Position numbers and translations under genes: made by a program
Assembly (NCBI GenBank): GCA_039815375.1
Contig: JBCBZJ010000024.1
Location: 1-45,171 of the forward strand
Direction of reading: 5' to 3'
Source of the DNA: Verrucomicrobiota bacterium
GTDB lineage: Bacteria; Verrucomicrobiota; Verrucomicrobiia; Opitutales; Coraliomargaritaceae
Length of the DNA stretch: 45,171 nt
Shown here: in pieces, positions 38,113 to 45,171 of the stretch
Numbering within the stretch: position 1 is the first letter of the stretch
How the letters are laid out: each line of letters opens with the position of its first letter
The notes under the pieces: model-generated
Seen by the model: only the letters and a program-made list of their open reading frames with translations
Databases searched by the model: none
What the model was told of the DNA's origin: nothing

Positions 38113-41100
38113 TTAAAAATTAATGGAAGTTGATCCACCAACACAATAACCCAGTAGACAGGCACGTGCGAAAACTGATGCAGAACCAGAACTTCTGCCT
38201 AACGTCGGGGTCGAGCATCCAGAGTCGTCACATGAGAGATTTACTGGCGTGATGAGATTTACATTACCTCCAACCGTTACCCCAGTATTAGCCAAACGCC
38301 AATTTCCCAGGACCAACTGGGCTTGAGCCCCACCTTGGAGAAGTCCACTCGAAGATACATTGAATGAAATGTCACGAGCTTCGCCACTGCATGTCTTGGA
38401 TATACTAGCATTTGCATTTACGCCACCTGTTATCTCAGCTTGTATCCCCGCCCAGATGCGCACGGTAAACCTTCCATAACTCTCATCTTCATCGATACCC
38501 CAAGTAACCCGAACAGCTGCCTCTACAAATATGTTACCGCTGAGAGAATACGTATCACTCTCGACTCCGTCACAGCACTCAGTGCATTGTTGCCCAGAAA
38601 ACTGAACACGTATTCTTGCTCGTCCTCTGACAACAAAGGGACCAACCGGGGTAATAATCCTATGTCTGATACTATGAAGATTGTAGGAACCAGAAAAAGA
38701 ATGATTTGTGCACTGCCTTTGTAGACCAATTAGATCAAAAAAGTTTAGCGATGAGTTGATAACAAAGGCATGAAGATTGTTGCCACCTTCTTCCTGAATC
38801 GGATCTCTAGATGACCACCTACCCGTGACTGGATCATAGTATCTAAATCCATAGTAGTAGAACTCTACGTCTTCCATCAATGGCTTGGTGCTAAAACCAT
38901 ATTCACCGGAGAGCGTTCCTGAGATCACGTTGCCGAAGGGGTCGTAGTCGACGCTCATGACTGTGGCACCAGTGCCATCAAGCTTCTGCATGATGTTGCC
39001 GTTGGCATCGTAAGTTGGGTAGAGGCTGCCTTCTTTGAGCAGTCCCCCTACTCCGCCGGCTCCTTGCATTGAGCCGGAGAGGTCCATGCCCCAGAGGTAG
39101 GAACGTTGAACATCGAACGTTGAACTTCCAACATCGAAGGATGCGATACGGTTCCAGCCGTCGTAGAGGTAGACTTCGACGTCGGTGCCGTCGTCTTTTT
39201 TCACCAAGCGGCCTTGGTAATCGTAGAGGAAATTGATCGTGGTTGAGCCATCGGTCGCGGTGACGAGGCGGTTCTCATTATCCCAAGAATAGGTCCAGGT
39301 GCCGTTGTCGGTCAGGTTACCGTCATCGTCGTGGACGGGATTGATCGAAGAGATCGTGGCGTATTGGTTGAGGGCGTTGCTGGTGTAGCTTGCGTTGCCA
39401 GCCCCTAGGACGCCTCCCGAGGCGCTTAGGCGGTTGCCGATTTGGTCGTAGGAGTAAGTGGATGCGAACTCGGTGGCTGTGAGCAGGTCGTTGCTTGAGC
39501 CTTCGACTTCGCTGCGCGTGTTATAGCTGAAAGTATCGGTATTGGCCTGAGCGTAGGCGCTGCCGGATTGCTGGCGGCTGATGCGGCGACCGAGGGCATC
39601 GTGCGTGTAGCTGTAGCCCGAGAGGCTGCTGCCGGATGCCTGATTGTCGACGAGGGTCATGAGGTCGCGGTTTGCTTCGTAAGAATGAGTCACAGTGTGT
39701 TGCGGCGCGGTGCAGCTGGCAAGCAGATTACTGTTGGTCAGATACGTATAAGTGAAGGTGTCGGTGCCGTCAGAAACGGTGCTGAGGCGGCCGGTGTTTT
39801 CGTAAGCGTAAGTGGCGGACAAGGCGAAGCTTGTCCCTCCATTGGCTAGCGAGTAGCCTTGAATGCGACCCTTTCTTCCGTTGGTTTCGGTGCCATTTTC
39901 ATAGGCTCTGGTGAGAGTGTGCCCGTCGTAGAAGGTGGTGTCGAAGTTCTCTGTGTCGAGTAGGAGGTTGGCTGAGTCGTAGCTGAAGCTGCGTGTGCCG
40001 GTGGCATCGGTGACTGTCTTTTGGCGACCGAGACGGTCATACGTGTAGCTGAGGTCGGCAGTGCTGGCATCCTCGTAATCGACGGTGAGCAGCTCGCTGG
40101 TCGTGGAATCGTATCCATAGGTGGTATCGAGGCCTCCGTCGCGGGCCCAGGTGCGGACGGCGAGGCGGTTGGCACTATCATAAGCGTAGTCGGTGCCTTT
40201 GCCATCGGCGTATTCCTTGCGGGTGAGGAGGCCGCTGGCAGCATCGTAAGTCCAGGTTGTGGTGTCGCCGCTTGTGGAGCCCGGCCAGGTGTCGGTGCTG
40301 AAGTCGATGGATGGATCGCGCCAGGTGGTGAGTGTCGAAAGCTCGCCGTAAATGCTGTAGCTGTATTCCTGCGGGTAGTCCGTCTCACCCCAGCTGCGGA
40401 TCTGGCGGTCGAGGGCGTCGTATTCGAGATAGCTTTTCTGGAGGAGCGCATCCGTTATGCTGGCAACCTGCCCCGCTCCATTCTGTCCTTGGCGGACATA
40501 AGTAAAGGTCGTGGCATTTCCGGCTGCATCGATTTGCTCAAAGACCTGGAGAGTATTCGCATAGTAGGTGATCTGAGCGGCTTGAGCGTGACGAGGGTCC
40601 TTCACGCCAACACGGCGCTCAACAGCGTCATACGTATAGAGCATCGGAGCCGCGACTGTGGTGCTGTTTTCGGAGACGAGGAGTCCGTTGATCATCGTTC
40701 GTTTCCCAAGGATTGTGGAATCGGGAACTTCGGTCGTCTGCAGCATAGTCTTGGTGCTCCGATCAACTGTGGTAACTGATGTGGTGACCTCACCATGAAC
40801 GTCGGTTGTCTTGACTTCGGAGACGAGGTCACCGTCCATCCCTGCGAGCGGGAAGTTCGACATCCGGCGCGCGGTGCGGTTGACTTCAACGGTGGTGGCC
40901 GAGTTATCCTCAGGATAAACCGTGGTGGTGCTGATTTCAAACCAGTCCCCGGCCCCGTCCTGCTCCATGAAGCGGTCGACGTCGGTGATACGGTCATTCG
41001 AGGCGGGCACGAGCGCGTCGTCGCCGTTGACGTCGAGCCCGGTGCGGATGAGCCCGGCGAGGGCGTCGTATTCGTAAAGGGTGGCGGCGCGGCCGGTCTC

Positions 41101-43635
41101 GGTCTGTTTGGCGAGGAGGCCTAGTGAATTATACTCCATGGTTTGTACGAAAGTGCCTCCGACGGAGTTGGGACTTTCCTCACGGATCAATCGACCAGCG
41201 ACGTCGTAGGTCATCTCGCGGTAGCGGGGGGAGCCTTCACTGGCGATTTTGATGCGGGTGGTCTGAGTGCCGTCGGGATTGATCCAATAGTTATAATACT
41301 CCGGGATAACACCGGTGCCGGTGACTGACTCGACCCGACCATCAAGGTAATTTTCGGTGATTCGGGTGGAGCCGCTAGGCATATTCATCGTGGTGATACG
41401 TTCATCGTCGACATAGGAGTAAGTGGTGATGTAGCCGTTCTCATCGGTCATCTCCGAACTGCGACCTGCGGTGTCTGTCTTTGCTACAGAGGTGATGCTG
41501 ATGCCTCCGGAAGAGCGCTCCATACTGCGTGAGCCGTCGCAGCCGCAGTCAATCGCGCCAAGGTCACGATCATAGGTGGTAGTGATGTCGGGACTGCCAT
41601 TGGCACCGACTTTAATCTCGGTCTCGAGACGGTCGAGGAGGTCGTAGGCCATAATGGTCTCGATGCCTGACTCGTCGGTGCGACCACCCACCAGGGCACC
41701 GAACCAGCTTTGATCGAGAACGGTGCGTCCATCTTTAACCCGCGTTTCCAGTTGGAAACCATTTGAGGAAATTTCATCACTAAAGACTTGGGTGGTCGTG
41801 CTGTAGAGCTGCCAGTCGGTGCCATCATGCACATGTTGCTCTTTCAGGATCATGTTGTTCCGGGGATCCTTCGTCATGACCTCGCGGGTAGACTTGAAAG
41901 CCAGGGGACCTGCAACCGTCACGCGGTCTACCGTCTCGATGAAGTTCGATTGGGCATCGACCTGCGCATACGCGTATTCCATAACCACAGCATCGGGGGT
42001 AGTGACGCTCCTGAGGCGCCCGGCAGAGGCGGCATCGGCCGTGTCCGCGTAATACACGCGAGTTGTTCTAAGGTTAGTCGAAGCACCGTAAGCGGCTCCC
42101 TGAACGGTCGTGCGCTCCTCGATTTCGGTATACTCACCAGTCACTGAATCGATAAAGTAGGCATTGTAAGTGCGCCCGGTCTCCACACCGAGGACCTTAA
42201 CGATGGTAGTGCGGGCGCGGGAATCGAAGGCATCGGCACCCACGTCGCTTGTATCAACCGGCGTATAGGCGTAGACTGTCTCTTTCGCTTGGGCAGCGGT
42301 AGATGAAGGGGGGCTGTCCTGCCAGGGATCAATCTGCCGACTCAGGCGCCCCTCGCTGTCGTAGTCATACCGGGCCCAGGAGCCGTCGGGGTTCGTCTGC
42401 GTACTGCGCTGACCGTAACGACCCCGCTCCGCCTCGTCTTCATAGAAGGTGTAAGCGGTACTTAAGGCAAAACCATCGACATCCTCGATTTCCTGAATAA
42501 GGGCGCTGCCCCAAGTCTTTTCCGCAATGACCTGACGTTTCCGAGAAACCAGCCCACCCTCGACACCGCGTAACTCGATAGTACGCAGTTCGTTGCCTGT
42601 CTCAGCATCTTCGCTGATGATAATCTGCTCGGTCAGCATTCCCGCACCGGTCATCGGGTCGATCCCCTCCGTCAGGGCCCAGTCATCGGCCGCAGGCACG
42701 TAGTTCCACTCGCTGATCCGACTGTAGGCACCCTGTGTGTCGGTGATGCGGACGGACTCGTAAAAGTTGAGGTTGCCGGTGGGATTCTCGATCCTGATCA
42801 CACGATAGGGGCTACCGACAGGAACATAGTATCCATCGGTATCCTTCGTTCCCTCATTACCCGGAGCGTGTAGACGCAATTCATACGAAAAATCATCGAC
42901 AACAACGATGTCAGCCAAACCAGATGCACATCTTAGCTGACGGTAGAAACCATCTTTTAACAAAAACTCCACAGCATCATTGATTTCGATAATGCGGCCT
43001 TCGATTGAAACAAATCGTTCTGGCCCTGCAGATATCTGGACCGGATAGTCGACTTTGCTGCCATCACCTGATAGCAAACGATAAAATTGAGGGTCTATAG
43101 TTGTAGGGTTCAAATCCCCATCTAGTAGCTGAACACGCGTAGTTTGCCCTGCAAAAGTCCCGGCCGTCCGCGCAAGGGACTCACCCTCAGGAACCTCGAA
43201 AAGAACTTTCTCGTTGCGAAGGTTTGCAATTTCAAACTGATGCGAAACGCCGTCAGGCAAGTCATCCATCGAGGTGATCGAAACCACATATGTCGTGAGT
43301 ATCGATGAGTAGCTCAGAGACTGCGGCGAAAAAAGACCTGGAGTCGGATCCTGCCTCTCTATGTTGAATGTTTGTGCTCCGAGCTTAGATTCCAGTGGAA
43401 AGATAGGAAACGAGAAGGCGAAACTGACACAATTATTGTTAGGGCCTTTATTGCAATTTGAGTTACTTCCCCCGCCGCTGCCACTACCGCTGCCACTACC
43501 TGTGCCAGGAGTCTTTGGAGGGTTCGGGTTATTCGGATTGTTCACTGCAGCGGAAAGTTCCCCGCAAGCTACAAGCATCAGCACCATCAAGCCGATACGC
43601 CCGAACTTTTTAAACAAGGAAAGGTTTTGTTTCAT
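38113..43635 (-). CDS. Rhs/YD-repeat polymorphic toxin with N-terminal signal peptide and Cys-rich C-terminal domain
   Basis: 1840 aa; many YD repeats (YDSEGRL, YDLLDRL, YDRLGRQ); Rhs core YYYGFRYYDPVTGRWSSRDPIQEEGGNNLHAFVINSSLNFFDLIGL; 202-aa tip; N-terminus MKQNLSLFKKFGRIGLMVLMLVACGELSA. Confidence 0.95.
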   Translation of the reverse strand: MKQNLSLFKKFGRIGLMVLMLVACGELSAAVNNPNNPNPPKTPGTGSGSGSGSGGGSNSNCNKGPNNNCVSFAFSFPIFPLESKLGAQTFNIERQDPTPGLFSPQSLSYSSILTTYVVSITSMDDLPDGVSHQFEIANLRNEKVLFEVPEGESLARTAGTFAGQTTRVQLLDGDLNPTTIDPQFYRLLSGDGSKVDYPVQISAGPERFVSIEGRIIEINDAVEFLLKDGFYRQLRCASGLADIVVVDDFSYELRLHAPGNEGTKDTDGYYVPVGSPYRVIRIENPTGNLNFYESVRITDTQGAYSRISEWNYVPAADDWALTEGIDPMTGAGMLTEQIIISEDAETGNELRTIELRGVEGGLVSRKRQVIAEKTWGSALIQEIEDVDGFALSTAYTFYEDEAERGRYGQRSTQTNPDGSWARYDYDSEGRLSRQIDPWQDSPPSSTAAQAKETVYAYTPVDTSDVGADAFDSRARTTIVKVLGVETGRTYNAYFIDSVTGEYTEIEERTTVQGAAYGASTNLRTTRVYYADTADAASAGRLRSVTTPDAVVMEYAYAQVDAQSNFIETVDRVTVAGPLAFKSTREVMTKDPRNNMILKEQHVHDGTDWQLYSTTTQVFSDEISSNGFQLETRVKDGRTVLDQSWFGALVGGRTDESGIETIMAYDLLDRLETEIKVGANGSPDITTTYDRDLGAIDCGCDGSRSMERSSGGISITSVAKTDTAGRSSEMTDENGYITTYSYVDDERITTMNMPSGSTRITENYLDGRVESVTGTGVIPEYYNYWINPDGTQTTRIKIASEGSPRYREMTYDVAGRLIREESPNSVGGTFVQTMEYNSLGLLAKQTETGRAATLYEYDALAGLIRTGLDVNGDDALVPASNDRITDVDRFMEQDGAGDWFEISTTTVYPEDNSATTVEVNRTARRMSNFPLAGMDGDLVSEVKTTDVHGEVTTSVTTVDRSTKTMLQTTEVPDSTILGKRTMINGLLVSENSTTVAAPMLYTYDAVERRVGVKDPRHAQAAQITYYANTLQVFEQIDAAGNATTFTYVRQGQNGAGQVASITDALLQKSYLEYDALDRQIRSWGETDYPQEYSYSIYGELSTLTTWRDPSIDFSTDTWPGSTSGDTTTWTYDAASGLLTRKEYADGKGTDYAYDSANRLAVRTWARDGGLDTTYGYDSTTSELLTVDYEDASTADLSYTYDRLGRQKTVTDATGTRSFSYDSANLLLDTENFDTTFYDGHTLTRAYENGTETNGRKGRIQGYSLANGGTSFALSATYAYENTGRLSTVSDGTDTFTYTYLTNSNLLASCTAPQHTVTHSYEANRDLMTLVDNQASGSSLSGYSYTHDALGRRISRQQSGSAYAQANTDTFSYNTRSEVEGSSNDLLTATEFASTYSYDQIGNRLSASGGVLGAGNASYTSNALNQYATISSINPVHDDDGNLTDNGTWTYSWDNENRLVTATDGSTTINFLYDYQGRLVKKDDGTDVEVYLYDGWNRIASFDVGSSTFDVQRSYLWGMDLSGSMQGAGGVGGLLKEGSLYPTYDANGNIMQKLDGTGATVMSVDYDPFGNVISGTLSGEYGFSTKPLMEDVEFYYYGFRYYDPVTGRWSSRDPIQEEGGNNLHAFVINSSLNFFDLIGLQRQCTNHSFSGSYNLHSIRHRIITPVGPFVVRGRARIRVQFSGQQCTECCDGVESDTYSLSGNIFVEAAVRVTWGIDEDESYGRFTVRIWAGIQAEITGGVNANASISKTCSGEARDISFNVSSSGLLQGGAQAQLVLGNWRLANTGVTVGGNVNLITPVNLSCDDSGCSTPTLGRSSGSASVFARACLLGYCVGGSTSINF
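39101..39138. repeat. Degenerate heptamer tandem repeat inside the Rhs gene
   Basis: GAACGTT GAACATC GAACGTT GAACTTC CAACATC GAA; encodes FDVGSSTFDVQRS on the minus strand. Confidence 0.8.
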
Positions 43636-43665
43636 TATGTGTAGTATCTATCTGTAAATTAAAAA

Positions 43666-44538
43666 TCAGGAGTCCAAACGCTCGATTGCAATACGTGCAG
43701 CCTTACGCATACGAACATCAGCGGAGCGTCGAAAAGGTTCTAAAAGTGGCATGTGTGCCTGGTCTCCGACCTGCCCGATCATTGCAATCGCCGACAACTT
43801 GAGCATTGTTGCGACATTTGCTTGATTTTCGTCCAACAAGGAACTTGCGTATGCTACAGCCTGATCCGGTGCATATCGACCTGCTACCTGAAGTGCAGTC
43901 ACACGATCAATTAAAGGCTTCTCGTCATCAGAGGCACAGGCCAGTGCCTTTTGCCCTATAAATTCAGCATTTAAAATAGACTGCTCTTTAGCAAACTCTG
44001 TTGGCTCCAACTGAGTGGCAACGATTAAAGCTGTGCCCTGCATCTCAGGATAATTCCCTTCTATTACTTCCTTCAGAACATCAAGCCCCTCTTTTGAACT
44101 CTCAGGAGAAACTCCCGGGTGAGGCAAGATGTCAGCCAGTTTCTGCACACAATAATCGCGCCAGACAAAAAGTTTTTCATCATCAGTTATCGCTTCCAAA
44201 GCATGATCCAACAAATATTGAACAGCTATGTTTTCATTCAGTAGCTTATCGTAGATATCATTGGCCAATGAAAGATATTCATCCTCTTCCATTCCGGCTG
44301 GAATATTTCCTAGCTCAATGAACTGTATGAGAGCTGAGGATCCGGCACTTAGCTCGGGTGGCTTCATGTTATGTAGCAAATTATGCCTCTGCTCATATGC
44401 AGGATATCCATCCAAGTTCACAATTTGCACCAAGGCATCAGTTTCAGCCTCAGCAACAAGTGATGACAACACGCTCACGCAGCCTATCAAGATCGAGCGG
44501 TATCTCAGCTTAGCTAGCTCTGGAAACAGGTTCTGCAT
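43666..44538 (-). CDS. Exported alpha-helical HEAT-repeat-like protein
   Basis: Signal-like N-terminus (RYRSILIGCVSVLSSLVAEA); VWRDYCVQKL, DRVTALQVAG, LKLSAIAMIGQVGD..LEPF..VRMRKAARIAIERL HEAT-like helices. ATG 44538 or TTG 44544. Confidence 0.75.
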   Translation of the reverse strand: MQNLFPELAKLRYRSILIGCVSVLSSLVAEAETDALVQIVNLDGYPAYEQRHNLLHNMKPPELSAGSSALIQFIELGNIPAGMEEDEYLSLANDIYDKLLNENIAVQYLLDHALEAITDDEKLFVWRDYCVQKLADILPHPGVSPESSKEGLDVLKEVIEGNYPEMQGTALIVATQLEPTEFAKEQSILNAEFIGQKALACASDDEKPLIDRVTALQVAGRYAPDQAVAYASSLLDENQANVATMLKLSAIAMIGQVGDQAHMPLLEPFRRSADVRMRKAARIAIERLDS

Positions 44539-44563
44539 TCTCAATCACAGTCAAATTTATTTC

Positions 44564-45171
44564 TTATCCTGAATATCCAATCTGCAGTCCTTCCTGAATA
44601 TACCAGTAGCGGTGGCAATTTCCGCCTTTCACACCAGGAGAACGAAGCATAAAGAACTGGTAACGACCTTGTTCATCAAAATCTTCACTGGTGATTGTGC
44701 GCCATAGCGAACCATCATCAAAAGTCACGCCGGACTTGAAAACCTGAATATCAATACTCAAATTATCCGGTACTTCATTGAGAATGATATATGCGCTCAC
44801 CATCACGGTGCCGTCCGGGAAGGTTTCGACGATTTGGTTATGCGTCTCATTGCGGGAGTAGTCGCGGATCACTTTGGACTCCGTTACGTCAATAATGGCA
44901 CCGCCATCGGGCAGGCGGGCGAGGATATAACTCGGCCCCATACGGGAATTTATGGTGAAGTGCCGGGGCATTGTGCCGGGAGAATCTTCGTTAAGCACGA
45001 CGACGCTATCGCTCTCGAATTCAACCCACGCATCGGAGACACTCGGAGCCCAATCCCGGGCAGTCTCTTCGACGATGATCGGGGCCGGCTCAAGATTGGC
45101 GCTGGAAACACGAATCAGTGAATCGTAAATGACGGGCGCTTCATCCACGAGTGGCAGCAGTGTCGCCTCTA
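44564..45171 (-). CDS. C-terminal part of a larger beta-rich hypothetical protein (5' end outside the window)
   Basis: Frame stays open to the window edge (..EATLLPLVDEAPVIYD..); ends ILARLPDGGAII..IQVFKSGVTFDDG..FDEQGRYQFFML..GGNCHRYWYIQEGLQIGYSG*; about 20 nt upstream of the HEAT gene. Confidence 0.8.
   Translation of the reverse strand, partial: EATLLPLVDEAPVIYDSLIRVSSANLEPAPIIVEETARDWAPSVSDAWVEFESDSVVVLNEDSPGTMPRHFTINSRMGPSYILARLPDGGAIIDVTESKVIRDYSRNETHNQIVETFPDGTVMVSAYIILNEVPDNLSIDIQVFKSGVTFDDGSLWRTITSEDFDEQGRYQFFMLRSPGVKGGNCHRYWYIQEGLQIGYSG

Noticed and set aside
43475..43498. 12-bp direct repeat CCGCTGCCACTA x2
   Set aside because: Explained by the encoded GSGS linker; in frame and unremarkable.

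Overview
Bacterial chromosomal window of about 45 kb. Gene style and content (sulfatase, TRAP transporter, OmcB-like protein, signal-peptide Rhs) suggest a marine Verrucomicrobiota/PVC organism; this is inference only. The backbone is housekeeping and carbohydrate genes: SWIM-SNF2 helicase, rpsA, sialate O-acetylesterase, 2-hydroxyacid dehydrogenase, sulfatase, dctPQM, tRNA-Cys, cobB, tRNA-Leu, rpmI-rplT, pyrB-pyrC, CPBP protease, DAHP synthase and rlmN. Four accessory blocks stand out. (1) At the left end, a class-3 lipase and a dead MNT-HEPN toxin-antitoxin pair; the pair lies between the live 3' end of the SNF2 gene and a decayed duplicate of that 3' end. (2) An island at the tRNA-Leu 3' end, bounded by a 17-bp inverted repeat. 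It encodes a membrane-anchored caspase-PEGA-FGE receptor-like protein, an OmcB/DUF11 protein, and a divergent small membrane protein whose tail carries the same RSAA motif as the caspase linker. (3) A MotA/TolQ/ExbB gene followed by two ExbD-like TM-coiled-coil-vWA genes, with a divergent glycine-zipper lipoprotein. (4) At the right end, an operon of a protein truncated by the window edge, an exported HEAT-like protein, a signal-peptide Rhs with a Cys-rich beta-strand tip ending in Phe, and a membrane immunity candidate. All calls come from reading motifs by eye; no database searches were run.
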